From contig CAWDUR010000017.1 in NCBI GenBank assembly GCA_963805585.1, positions 29,477 to 93,476 on the forward strand: a DNA stretch of 64,000 nucleotides. The letters run 5' to 3'. A program made the position numbers and the translations under genes. Shown here one piece after another: positions 10,095 through 21,026 of this stretch. The notes under the pieces are model-generated. The model searched no databases, was not told the origin of the DNA, and saw nothing but the letters and a program-made list of their open reading frames with translations. This DNA is from an uncultured Chloroflexia bacterium (GTDB lineage Bacteria > Chloroflexota > Limnocylindria > Limnocylindrales > CSP1-4). How positions within the stretch are numbered: position 1 is the first letter of the stretch; the number at the start of each line of letters is the position of its first letter.

Positions 10095-10780
10095 GAGGCG
10101 CGCTCACGCGCCGGCGGCACGAGGCGGTAGCCGACGCCCTTGACGGTCTCGATGGGTGGCCCGTCGACGCCCAGCTTGCGGCGCAGCTCGGAGACATGGA
10201 CGTCGACGGTGCGCGTCTCGCCCGGGAAGTCGGTGCCCCACACCGACGAGAGCAGCTCGTCCCGGCTCCAGACGACGCCCGGATCGCGCGCCAGGGCAGC
10301 CAGGAGGTCGAACTCCCGCGGTCGCAGGTCCAGGCGGCGGTCGGCCACGTAGGCCTCACGACGACGCGGGTCCACGCGCAGGTCGCCGACGTCCATGGGG
10401 CGTGCGCCACGCAGGGCGGGATCGGCGCGGCGCAGGATGGCCTTCACGCGCGCGACCATCTCGCGCGGGTTGAAGGGCTTGGTGAGGTAGTCGTCCGCGC
10501 CCAGCTCGAGGCCCACGATGCGGTCGATGTCCTCGCCCCGCGCGGTGAGCATGAGGATGGGCGTCTCGCCGCGGCGCCGGATCTCGCGCGTGACCTCCAT
10601 GCCGTCGCGGCCGGGCAGCATGAGGTCGAGCACGACGAGGTCCGGGTCGACGCGATCGTGCTGGCGCAGGGCCTCGTCGCCGTCGCGCGCCTCGACGACC
10701 GCGAAGCCGGCCTGCTCGAGGTAGAGGCGCACGAGCTCGATGATGTTGCGCTCGTCGTCGACGACGAGGATGGTCTTCAC
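10091..10780 (-). CDS. OmpR/PhoB family response regulator
   Basis: ILVVDDE, LDLMLP, GADDYLTKPF, winged helix RTVDVHV..TVKGVGY. Confidence 0.95.
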   Translation of the reverse strand: MKTILVVDDERNIIELVRLYLEQAGFAVVEARDGDEALRQHDRVDPDLVVLDLMLPGRDGMEVTREIRRRGETPILMLTARGEDIDRIVGLELGADDYLTKPFNPREMVARVKAILRRADPALRGARPMDVGDLRVDPRRREAYVADRRLDLRPREFDLLAALARDPGVVWSRDELLSSVWGTDFPGETRTVDVHVSELRRKLGVDGPPIETVKGVGYRLVPPARERAS

Positions 10781-10898
10781 GGGCGGCAGGATAGCCCGAC
10801 CCGTCAGCCGCCGGGCCAGCCGGCATCAGGGCCATGTAAGCATCGCGTGACGCGGGGGCTCGCGGCGGCGGCGCGATGGTCCGCGCTACGCTCGCGGC

Positions 10899-11808
10899 AT
10901 GGCACCAGCCGCGGCCAGCTCGACCGGACGCCCTGCGACCCACCCTCGAGGAGGCCCTGGCGGCGTGGGCCGCGCGTGTCCGAGCCGACCGTGAGCAGGT
11001 GCGAGCGCTGTCGCGAGGTCGAGGACCCGTCCGACTTCTACGCGCCCGTCGCGCAGCGCTTCGCACAGGATCCTGCACGCACGGACGAGCCGGTCCTGGA
11101 CGGGCTCCTGGCGCTGGCCGGACGCCGACGACAGCTGGCTCGACATCGGCTGCGGCGGCGGGCGCTACGCGCTGCCGCTGGCTCGCCGCGTCCGGCGCCT
11201 GACGGCCGTGGACTCCTCGCCCGCCATGCTCGACGTCCTGCGTGCCGGGCTGGCCGCGCACGCCATCGACAACGTCGACATCATCGAGGGCCGCTGGCCG
11301 GACCTGGCCCGGACCGCGACCGTCCGCGGACGTGGCGCTCATGGCCCACGTCGGCTACGACATCGAGGCCATCGGGCCGTTCCTGGACGGCGGCGGAGGC
11401 GCGCCTGCCGCCGCTGCGTGGCCGTCATGGGCGAAGGCGCCATGACCACGGCCGCGGCACTGCTCTGGGAGCCGGTCCACGGCGAGCCGCGGGTGCCACT
11501 GCCAGCCCTGCCGGAGCTCGTGACGCTGCTCCTGGCCATGGGACGCCTGCCGCGGGTGACGCTGGCACGAGCGGACGCCACCGGCCTTCGAGAGTCTCGA
11601 GGAGCTGCTGGCCATGAGCCGCCGGCAGCTCTGGGTGCGGCCGGCTCGAGCGAAGGACCGGCGCCTCGTGGCGCTGGCGAACGCCGCGGGCCTCCCGGCG
11701 CGAGGAGGGCTGGGCGCTCGACTGGCAGCCCTCGATGATCGGGATCGTGTCCTGGGAGGCGGTCGGACCCGGCGCGCCGGCTCTCGACCGACCGCGCCTC
11801 GGACCTAG
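10899..11808 (+). CDS. class I SAM-dependent methyltransferase (several frameshifts; end approximate)
   Basis: WLDIGCGGGRYAL motif I, VDSSPAML, IEGRWP spread over frames. Confidence 0.75.
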
Positions 11809-11809
11809 G

Positions 11810-12574
11810 TCAGCCGACCATCACTCCCGGCTCGGGCGCGAGGACCACGCACGTCGCCCAGTCCCAGTCGCAGCAGCTCCTCGCGCAGCTGGTCGGGCGT
11901 GCCGGCGAGGACGGGGAAGGTGCCGTAGTGGATGGGCACGACGGTGGTCACGCCGAGCAGCTCGGCAGCGCGCGCGGCCGCCGCCGGGATCCATCGTGAA
12001 GTGGCCGCCGATGGGCAGGAACGCGACGTCCGGGTGATGGAGCTCGCCGATGAGGCGCAGGTCGCCGAAGAGCGCCGTGTCGCCGGCGTGGTAGACGCGC
12101 TGGCCGTTCTCCAGCTCCACGACGAAGCCGACGGCCTCGCCGAGGTACGTCGGCAGGCTCGGTCGAGGCGTCGATGTCCCCGCCCGAGTGATCGGCGTGC
12201 GACCATGCTGACGCGGATGCCGCGGACCACCACGCTGCCGCCCTTGTTCATGCCCACGACCTCGCGCCCCGAGATCCCGAGGGTCTCCAGCCAGAGCGCC
12301 AGCTCGTGGATGGCCGGCCAGGCCGGGGCGTGCGGCGGGCGATGGCGAGGGCATCGGCCTGCTGCGAGCTGGAACCGGGCATGGCACCCAGGTGGTCGTA
12401 ATGGCCGTGAGTCACGAGCATGACGTCGCAGCGCTCGATGCGTCGCGGCGGACACTGGGCGAGCGTGGGTTGCCCAGCCAGGGATCGATGAGGATGCTCG
12501 TGCCGGCGTCGCTCTCGATGTGGACGGCGGCGTGGCCATAGCCAGCGGAAGCGGAAACCCAGGTCGTCTGACAC
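11810..12574 (-). CDS. metal-dependent hydrolase, MBL fold (UlaG/YtkL-like; frameshifted)
   Basis: [41 protein letters not shown]. Confidence 0.85.
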
Positions 12575-12663
12575 CGCTCACCTCCAGGGACGCTGCAGGG
12601 TCGGTGGCTGACCGCCATGCGTACTCATCCGGGACGGGTACCGGGGCGCGCTATGCTCGCGCC

Positions 12664-13303
12664 ATGAAGGTCCTGCACCTGACCACGGGACCGGTCGCCA
12701 CCAACGTCTGGGTCCTGGCGGACGTCCGCACGCGTGAGGCCATCGCCATCGACACGGCCACGCCCGAGCGTCCGCTGGCTGACGCAGCAGCTCGCGGATG
12801 AGGGCTGGTCGCTGCGATTCGTCGTCAGCACCCATCGCCACTGGGACCACATCGGCGACAACGCGGAGGCCGTCATCGCCACGGGCGCCACGCTGGCCGT
12901 GCACCGCGCGGACCGCCACGGGCTGGAGCACCCGGACCCCATGTCCGCGCCCTTCGCCATCCCGCCCAGCGTGCCCGCCCTGGACCTCGCCGAGGGTTCG
13001 CACATCCGGTTCGGTGAGATCGACCTGATCGTCCTGCACACGCCCGGTCACACCGAGGGCTCCGTCTGCCTGCTCTGCCGCGGAGGACCGGCTCCTCGTC
13101 AGCGGCGACACGCTCTTCGCGGGCGGCTGGGGACGGACCGACCTGCCCGGCGGCGACGCGGCGCAGATGGTCGAGTCGCTCGCCCGCCTGGCGGCGCTGG
13201 AGGACGGCTCGCGGTCCTGCCCGGCCATGGACCGGAGACCAGCATCGGGCGCGAGAAGCCCTGGCTGGGGCTCGTGGCACAGCACCGCCGCCTGCCCTGG
13301 TGA
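12664..13303 (+). CDS. MBL-fold metallo-hydrolase, glyoxalase II-like (frameshifted)
   Basis: GPVATN, THRHWDH, HTPGHTEG, SGDTLF, GRTDLPGG, PGHG. Confidence 0.88.
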
Positions 13304-13333
13304 TGGCCGGCTGACTCAGCCCGCCGACCTGCA

Positions 13334-14350
13334 TCACGACCGACCCGGTCGCTTCGTCGGCTCCATCCAGGCAGCGGCTTGTGCCACTCGGATGACGAGC
13401 GCACGACCTCGAAGCCGTGGCGCCGGTACAGCGCCAGGGCCTCGTTGGCGTTCTGCGAGTCCACGCCCAGCTGCGCTGAGGTCATGCCGCGCTCGCGCAA
13501 GGCCACCAGCGTCCGCGCCGATGAGGGCCGAGGCCAGGCCCCGCCGGCGCCAGCGCCGACGCGTGAAGATGGGGTCGGTCCAGCCGCGCAGGTAGCGCTG
13601 GGCCGCGTTCTCGTCCGGGTCGATCTGGCCCTGGACGCCCGCCGCGATCTCGTCTCCATCGAAGGCGACGATGAGCAGGTCCAGGTCGAGGTGGGGGTCC
13701 TGCGACCAGCGGCGGAAGGCGGCCTCCGACGTGTCATCGGCACCGAAGTGGTCGATGAATGCTTCGGACATGGCATCCCAGACCTGGGGCAGCTGCTCGC
13801 GCCGGAGCGGCCGGATCTCCAGGCCCTCGGGCATCGGGGGCACCTCGATGGCCTCGAGGTCGGGCCGCACCATGTGGTGATAGATGCGGACGCGACGATA
13901 GCCGCGCGCCGTGGCGAGCGCGATGCCGCCCTCATCTCGGTCGTTCAACCAGGTCATCAGCATCCGCGGCCCGGGGTGCTCGTGGCCGGCGGCCAGCTCC
14001 CGGAGTCGGGCCTCGTTGCGCTCCAGCAGGGCCCTGCCGATGCCCCGTCGTCGCCAGTCGGGATGGACGTCCCCGAAGCTGCGGTAGTGACGCTCGCCAT
14101 CGGCGGTGTCCGACCATTCGATGGACGACCAGGCCACGAGGCGGTCGCCCACGAGTGCCAGCACGACGTCCTCGCCGGGGTCGATGTGGGTCCGGTTGGC
14201 CATGTCGATGGCGATGGTCGCTGCGCTGATGAACTCCGTGTCGCCGTTGGCGGCGTTGGCCGCCTGCGCCACCGCGGCCAGGGCCGGCGCATCCTCCTCG
14301 CCGGCGTACGTCCGGAAGCGCAGATGCTCGATGGCCGGTGCGCCGCTCAA
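13334..14350 (-). CDS. tandem GNAT acetyltransferase (frameshift near 13520; 3' end uncertain)
   Basis: Two acetyl-CoA motifs VHPDWRRRGIG and TRRRWRRRGLA; C-terminal LGVDSQN..ALALYRRHGF. Confidence 0.85.
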   Translation of the reverse strand: MSGAPAIEHLRFRTYAGEEDAPALAAVAQAANAANGDTEFISAATIAIDMANRTHIDPGEDVVLALVGDRLVAWSSIEWSDTADGERHYRSFGDVHPDWRRRGIGRALLERNEARLRELAAGHEHPGPRMLMTWLNDRDEGGIALATARGYRRVRIYHHMVRPDLEAIEVPPMPEGLEIRPLRREQLPQVWDAMSEAFIDHFGADDTSEAAFRRWSQDPHLDLDLLIVAFDGDEIAAGVQGQIDPDENAAQRYLRGWTDPIFTRRRWRRRGLASALIGADAGGLARARHDLSAAGRGLAERQRGPGAVPAPRLRGRALVIRVAQAAAWMEPTKRPGRS

Positions 14351-14386
14351 CGCTCAGCCAGTGAGGTCGATCGGACGCCTTGTCCC

Positions 14387-15513
14387 TCATGGCCCACCCC
14401 GCTTGTTCCTCTCGGCGAGCTTGCCGTGATGCTTGTAGATGCGTCCCAGGCGCCGACCCTCGGCGCGCTGGCTGCGCACGTCCGCGCGCAGGGCCATCGA
14501 CTGCAGCTCGGCCTCCAGCTTGTGGTGGCTCGCGAGCCGGGCAGCCGGGAGCTCGCCGGCCGCGATGGCCGCCTGGACCGCGCAGCCTGGCTCACCCTCG
14601 TGCCGACAGTCCGAGAAGCGGCAGCGCCGCGCGAAGGATGCCACGTCCGCGAACGTCGTCGCCAGGCTCGCCGCATCACCGAGCACGCCGACCGTCCGCA
14701 GGCCCGGCGTGTCGATGAGCAGACCGCCGCTCGGGAGGTGGAAGAGCTCGCGGTGGGACGTCGTGTGGCGTCCCCGGCTGTCGTCCTCCCGCAGGGCGCG
14801 GACCACCTGGCGCTCCTCGCCGAGGAGCGCGTTGGCGAGGCTGGACTTGCCCACCCCCGAGGAACCCAGCAGACAGGCCGTGAGGCCCGGACGGAGGTGG
14901 CTCCGGATCTCGTCGAGCCCGACGCCGGTGAGGGCGCTGCTGACGACGACCCGGGTGCCGGCCGCCACGGCATGCACCTCGGACACGGCCCCGGACAGGT
15001 CCAGCGGCGATATCGACCTTGTTCAGGACGACGATGGGCGTCACGCCGCCCTCCATGGCCAGCAGCAGGTAGCGCTCGATGCGGCGCGGGTTGAGGTCGT
15101 GATCGAGACCCGAGACGAGGAAGGCCAGGTCCAGGTTGGCGGCCAGGATCTGTGGTCGGCCGTCGGAGGCTCGGCTGCGGACGAAGGTGCCCCGACGGGG
15201 CAGGATCTCGCGCGCGACGGCCTTGCCGGGTTCGCCGGGCAGGGGTTCCAGTGCCAGCCAGTCGCCCACCGCGGGGCCCAGCTCTGCATCCTCCGACGAT
15301 CGGCTGCCAGCGTCGCTGGAGGAGCACTTCCGTCGGTCCGTCGGATGTCAGGGCCAGCAGCATGCCGCCGCTGCTCACGACGCGGCCTGGCACCAGGCCG
15401 TCGGCTGCGTGCGGCCCGAAGGACGCGGCCCGCTCTGCAGACCAGCCGAGGTCCGGCAGGGTAGGGGAGGCCTGCGTCAGCCGCGGGCGTGCGGGTGTGG
15501 CGTCGGCTCCCAT
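14387..15513 (-). CDS. rsgA: ribosome small subunit-dependent GTPase A (frameshifted)
   Basis: Circularly permuted G motifs NKVD, GSSGVGKS, DTPG; GRHTT; Zn motif CRFSDCRHEGEPGC; GDW in the OB region. Confidence 0.93.
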
Positions 15514-15713
15514 CAGCCGATCCTCTGGAGGCGGCCCGCGTGCTTGGCACAGATGGGCAGCTTGACGGCCATCTCGCGCTCGTCGCGCAGTGAGACCAAG
15601 ACGACTTCCCGGTGTGGCCGGCCGGCTGGCGCCGCCGCCGAAGCGTCGGCCGACGCCGACCTGCGTGGCGAAGCGTCGCCGTTCGGTTGACGTGGTGCGC
15701 CGATGATGGTCAT
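15513..15713 (-). CDS. 66-aa hypothetical protein translationally coupled to rsgA
   Basis: AGGAG SD, ATG at 15713, TGATG overlap with the rsgA start. Confidence 0.55.
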   Translation of the reverse strand: MTIIGAPRQPNGDASPRRSASADASAAAPAGRPHREVVLVSLRDEREMAVKLPICAKHAGRLQRIG

Positions 15714-15809
15714 GGGTCTGCTCCTGCAGGAACGCTGTGCTGCGATCGGCCACGCGCTTGGCGGCCCGGAAGGACTGGCTATCGATCCCTCGGGGCAAAG
15801 AGGGCAACG

Positions 15810-15843
15810 AAAAAATGGCCGGGGGCCCATCCGGCCCTCCGGC
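15810..15843 (-). terminator. intrinsic terminator/attenuator in the rsgA operon leader
   Basis: GCCGGAGGGCC-GGATG-GGCCCCCGGC stem followed by CATTTTTT; a T6 run is very rare in this DNA. Confidence 0.7.
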
Positions 15844-15875
15844 TTGATCGGCCGGCACCCGGGGTGCCTGGCGGA

Positions 15876-15971
15876 CTACGAAGGGCAGGTATCTCCCGCA
15901 TCCGGGGCGCCGACGGGCGCGCCCTGCCGCTGCCCCGAGGCGGCGGCGCTGTTCCAGCGGATGCGTTGCAT
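15876..15971 (-). CDS. putative leader peptide MQRIRWNSAAASGQRQGAPVGAPDAGDTCPS (31 aa)
   Basis: GAGGAG SD at 15984-15989, ATG at 15971, TAG about 30 nt before the terminator; TAGGAT -10 at 16018-16023. Confidence 0.55.
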   Translation of the reverse strand: MQRIRWNSAAASGQRQGAPVGAPDAGDTCPS

Positions 15972-16035
15972 GTCTCGTGCGGACTCCTCTGCGGGCCGGA
16001 CAGGTCAGCCGCCCATCATCCTAGGACCGTTGTCA

Positions 16036-16069
16036 AGCTGTACTTGGCGGTCAGCCGTACTTGGCGGTC
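16036..16069. repeat. tandem 17-bp direct repeat (AGCYGTACTTGGCGGTC x2) in a divergent promoter region
   Basis: Two adjacent copies with 1 mismatch, read directly. Confidence 0.8.
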
Positions 16070-16086
16070 TCCTCGATACTGTCCTG

Positions 16087-16841
16087 ATGCGACCCATGAG
16101 CGTTCTCGCGCTGCTCCGGTCAGGCGTCCTCGACACTGGGCTGGCGGCGCTCACCTGGCTGCTGACGGAAGGTGGCGTGCCCGTCATCGTCATCGGCTCC
16201 GCCAGTGCCCAGGAACGCTCGGCTGTGGCTGGCGCGATGCTCGCTATCGACCCGTCGCGTGCCTTCGTGGTGCTCGATGGGGATATCGAGCCGCCGACCA
16301 TGGCCCGCCTCTCGGCGCTCCTCCGTGGCGGCGCCGGAGTCGGCATCACGCTTGCCGCGGCCGGACCTGCCAGCGGCCCTGGAGCGTCTGCGCGGGGACG
16401 CGGGCAGCCTGCCTGACGATGCGGTCCGCCGGCTCGGCATCGTCATCAGGCTGGACGGCACCAAGCGCGGTCCCCGTTGTTCCATCGTCCACTACTTGCG
16501 GCCGACCGAGCGTGACGGCCAGGGCCACGTGCAGCGCCGCCCGCCGGCGATCCTGGCCGCCTGGGACGAGGCCACGGCCAGCTACGAGGACTTCGCTTGG
16601 GCTGTCACGCCGGAGTTGGCCGACCGGGTGGACCGCTCCCAGGCCGACTTCGAGGAGCGCCTTCGCGATCGCGCTCAGTTGCTGGCCAGGACGGCCCGGG
16701 TGGCCCACATCTCGGCCGGGGAATGGGACGAAGAGGTGCGTCGCCACCTGGCTGCCGAGCCACCTCGCGTGCCGTCGTCCCTGCGCTCAGCGGCGGCCCC
16801 GGCGCACGGCCATGGGCCTCCTGGATCGACACCAACACTGA
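16087..16841 (+). CDS. hypothetical protein resembling a degenerate VirB11/CpaF-type ATPase (frameshifted)
   Basis: PMSVLALLRSGVLD..LAALTWLL..GVPVIV resembles the segment before Walker A in secretion ATPases; GxxxxGKT is absent. Confidence 0.5.
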
Positions 16842-16895
16842 GGCGCCGCGGGTGCCGCTCCATCAGGGCGTGGCAGGCGCCCCGGGACGGGCCCC

Positions 16896-18120
16896 TCAAA
16901 GCGCGCCAGCAGGGGAGAAGGTCGCCAGCAGCTGGCCTCGAGCATCGAGAAGTCGCAGGCCCGGGTCCTCGCGCTCGACCATGACCGCCGCACGAAGGGC
17001 GTCCAGCAACGCCCGCTGCTCGGCCTTGCGCGTGCAGTCGGTCACGTCGGCTGCGCTGATGTCGTCCAGGGTGATGAACACGCCCTCGGCGACGTAGCGA
17101 CCAGCCAAGGGGCCGCAGGGTCCCTCGCCGGCAAGCCTGCCGCTCGTCCATCCGGAGCGTGACCGTGCCTTCGCTTCCACGACTGCCGGGGATGGCAGCG
17201 AGCAGCCAGGTGGTGCCCTCGAGTGGTGTCGACGCCACGAATTCGAGTCGATCGCCCGAGTCGGTCGCGACGAGGATGAGTCGGTCCAGCGGCAGATCAA
17301 GCGTCAGCGACGGGCTCGCCAGGATCGCCATGATGGCCGCTTCCTGGGCAGCCACCGTGCTGGAGCAGGGCGCCTCGGTGCGCTCGAGCGATACCAGCCG
17401 AAGGACATCGGCCTGTCGCTGGAACCTTCCCACGACGCCGTTGCAGCCGCTGGAGCCCAGGACGTCACCACTCGAGAGGCGCTGCGTCTCGCGGCTGCGG
17501 GCCGTTCGGAACGCCAGGACGGCCGGAAACAGAGGGTCCGCAGCTACCGTCTGGCCCGCCACGGTGTAGCTCTGCAGGTTCCAGTCGCCAGCCGCCAGGT
17601 CGGCCGCATCGTCGGGCTCGAAGCGCAGGTCCTCCCGGCCGTCCGCGTTCTGGATGACCAATCGGACGCCCGCCTCGCCGTCAGGACGCACGATCTCGAA
17701 GCGTGCGGCTTCGTCGAGCGCCTCCACCATGCTCGTCGCCACACGCGAGGCCTGCCTCGAGCAGGCGCCGCTGCCAGCCGGAACCGATCGGATGACCAGG
17801 GCGAGGCCTACGTGGCCGTACCTGCCAGCCAGTCGGACGCAGCCGGTCGAGCCGCGGACCCGGCCCGATCGGAGCGTCAGCCAGGCCGCCGTCTCTGACC
17901 CGACAGAGCGCAGTTCGCCTCGGCGGTAGTTGGTCAGGCGCCAGGTCGTCCCCTCCAGCGGCGGCAGGTCCAGTGGCTCCAGGGCCAGCGGCCGCAGCGG
18001 GGCAGGCGAGGGTAGGGGCGTCGCCGTGGGCGATGCGTCCTGGGCCAGGGTGCCGGCCGGTGCCAGCCAGAGAGTGAGCCCGAGGAGGACGACCGATACG
18101 AGCGACCGAGGCGGCGTCAT
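16896..18120 (-). CDS. secreted protein with about three META (HslJ) domains (frameshift near 17135)
   Basis: Signal peptide; repeated LEGTTWxL, GSxGCN, TEAPC..QE. Confidence 0.8.
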
Positions 18121-18305
18121 GGCAGGCCCGAGTATCCGTCGAGTCGGTCACCGCTGCTCGCAGGTGTTTGCCGAAGATGCGTCGGAAGGTGACCGCTGGA
18201 CCGACCCGACAGGTCCGAAGGCCCCGGTGCATCGCCCGCCCAGGCGGTAGCATCTGGGCCGGATAGCACGCCCGCGTCCCATGACGCCCATCGGAGGTTC
18301 ACCCC

Positions 18306-19707
18306 ATGTCCGCACCTCGTGTCGCCACGTCTCCCGGCGAGCTGCTCGGTTTCCTGTCCGGCATCGCCCGCATCGAGGCTGATCGCCTCGTCATCGAGGA
18401 CGAGGCCGCCTTCCGCGCCTCGGGCATCCGCGACGTGGCCTGGTCGGCCACCTTCAGCCAGGACGAGGGCACTGTCGAGGCTGCCCGTTGGATCGTCTGG
18501 GAGGCGTCGCAGGAACTGGGAGCCCGCTCAGCCAGCATCCACGACCTCTACATGGCCCGCAGCCGCGGCGAGTACAGCGGTTGGACGGTGCCGGCCATGA
18601 ACCTGCGCACGCAGGTCTTCGACATGGCCATGGCCGGCTGTCGCGCCGCCATGGAGCTCGACGCCGGATCGGTCATCTTCGAGCTGGCGCGCTCGGAGCA
18701 GGAGTACACCTTCCAGCGGCCCGGCGAGTACATCACGAGCGTGCTGGCGGGCTGCATCGCGGCCGGCTGGCAGGGACCCGTCTTCGTCCAGGGCGACCAC
18801 TACCAGTTCAACGCCGCCAAGTACAAGGCGGACCCCGAGGCCGTCACGGAGACCCTTCGCAAGGCCACGCTCAACGCCATGCAGGTCGGCTACGGCAACA
18901 TCGACATCGACTCCTCGACGCTGGTCGACCTCTCCTTCGAATCGCTCGACGAGCAGCAGAAGGTCAACTACACGCGCGCCGCGGAGCTGCTCCGCGCTCA
19001 TCCGCGCCAACGAGGACGAGGGCATCGTCATCTCCATCGGCGGCGAGATCGGCGAGGTCGGCAAGCAGAACTCCACGCCGGACGAGCTGCGCGCCTACCT
19101 CGACGGCTATCGCAAGGAGCTCGACGCACGCGCCGGCGCGGACACCATCGGCCTCTCCAAGGTGAGCGTCCAGACGGGCACCTCGCACGGCGGCGTGCCG
19201 CTGCCGGGTGGCGGCGTGGCCGAGGTCAAGCTCGACTTCGACACGCTCAAGGTGCTCGGCGAGGTCTGCCGCGAGTACGGCCTGGCCGGCGCGGTCCAGC
19301 ACGGCGCCTCCACGCTCCCCGACGAGCTCTTCCACCGCTTCCCGCAGGTGGAGACCGCCGAGATCCACCTCGCCACGGGCTTCCAGAACGCCCTCTACGA
19401 GCACCCTGCCTTCCCGGCCGACCTGTACGCCAAGATCGAGGCCTTCTGCTTCGAGAACTGCGCGGACGAGCGCAAGGACGGCGAGACAGACACGCAGTTC
19501 GTCTACAAGACGCGCAAGAAGGCGCTCGGCACGTTCAAGCGCGAGCTCTGGGACCTGGCGACCAAGGACGAGATCATCGCCAGCCAGCAGGCCAAGATGA
19601 AGTTCCTCTTCGAGCAGCTGGGCATCCCCGGCAACAAGGCGGTGGTCGACCGCTTCGTGACCGCTCCCGAGCGCCACAAGCCGCTGCCTGCCAGCCTCGA
19701 GGCATAG
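18306..19707 (+). CDS. class II fructose-bisphosphate aldolase-like protein (frameshift near 18990)
   Basis: VPAMN, QGDH, DIDSS, GGEIGEVG, QTGTSHGG, VQHGAST metal-binding motifs. Confidence 0.8.
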
Positions 19708-19871
19708 CAGCGCGCGTGACGTGCTCCATGACGGGCACGTCGCCACCGGCTCTGATGCTCGGGCGCTGATCCACGCTCGGTCGCCGGGACTCGGGGGTCC
19801 CGGCGATCCGCGTGTCAGGCGGCCCGTGGCAGCGAGGCTTCAATCCCTAGTGCGAAGGTAAGATATCGACC

Positions 19872-20939
19872 ATGCTGACCGAAACGACCATCCTCGACGT
19901 GCTTCGCCAGGTCCAGGACCCGGAGCTCCGGCGCGACATCGTGAGCCTCGAGATGGTCAAGGACATCCACGTGGACGGCAACAGCGTGGCCCTCAAGGTG
20001 GACCTCACGACCCCCGCCTGTCCCCTCAAGGACCAGATCGGCGAAGACATCCGGGCGCGCCTGGTCGAGATCGGCGCCACGGACGTGGAGCTCACCTGGG
20101 GGGCCTCCGTGCGGCGCGCGGCGCCGTCGCAGCCGGACAACCTGGTGCCCGGCGTCAAGAACATCATCGCCGTGGCCTCGGGCAAGGGCGGCGTGGGTAA
20201 GTCGAGTGTCTCGGTCAACCTGGCCACCGCGCTGGCCATGGAAGGCGCCAGCGTGGGCCTTCTGGATGCCGACATCACGGGCCCCAACATCCCGCAGATG
20301 ATGGGTCTTGAAGGTGCCCCCACGGCCGCACCGAGTGGCAAGATCGTGCCTCTCGAGCGCTACGGCGTGAAGGTCATCTCCATCCAGTTCTTCGTTCCGG
20401 AAGGCCAGCCCATCGTGTGGCGTGGTCCGCTCGTGGGTGGCGCCATCCAGCAGTTCCTGCGCGACGTCGAGTGGGGAGAGCTCGACTACCTCGTGGTGGA
20501 CATGCCGCCCGGCACGTCGGACGCCCAGCTGACGCTGGCCCAGTCGGTGCCGGTCAGCGGCGCGCTGCTGGTGACGACGCCACAGGATGTGGCGCTCTCC
20601 GACGTGGGGAAGGCGCTTGCCATGTTCCAGCGCCTCTCCGTGCCCATCCTGGGCCTGGTCGAGAACATGAGTGCCTTCCTCTGCCCCCACTGCGGCGAGG
20701 AAACGGAGATCTTCGGTCGGGGCGGCGGCGAGCGTTTCGCCACGCGCCACGAGCTGCACTTCTTCGGTGGCATCCCCCTGGACGTCAAGGTGCGTCACGG
20801 GGGGGATGCCGGCGTGCCGGCCGTCGCACAGCGGGAGCCCGGCCCGGCCGCGCTGGTCATGCGTGACGTGGCGCGTCAGGTCGCCGCGCGCATGGCCGTC
20901 CGCGCCGCCTCCGGCTTGCCGGTGCTCACCATCTCGTAG
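19872..20939 (+). CDS. mrp: Mrp/NBP35 (ApbC) Fe-S cluster carrier ATPase with N-terminal DUF59
   Basis: VQDPEL, LTTPACP, SGKGGVGKS, WRGP, DMPPGTSD, ENMS..CPHC. Confidence 0.95.
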   Translation: MLTETTILDVLRQVQDPELRRDIVSLEMVKDIHVDGNSVALKVDLTTPACPLKDQIGEDIRARLVEIGATDVELTWGASVRRAAPSQPDNLVPGVKNIIAVASGKGGVGKSSVSVNLATALAMEGASVGLLDADITGPNIPQMMGLEGAPTAAPSGKIVPLERYGVKVISIQFFVPEGQPIVWRGPLVGGAIQQFLRDVEWGELDYLVVDMPPGTSDAQLTLAQSVPVSGALLVTTPQDVALSDVGKALAMFQRLSVPILGLVENMSAFLCPHCGEETEIFGRGGGERFATRHELHFFGGIPLDVKVRHGGDAGVPAVAQREPGPAALVMRDVARQVAARMAVRAASGLPVLTIS

Positions 20940-21026
20940 CCCACGGGCGGCGTGCCGTCCGGGCCCGCCAGTCACGCGACCGACTGCCCTCTCGCGGCCA
21001 TACGGGCGCGTCGCCCCGCCGCCTGG

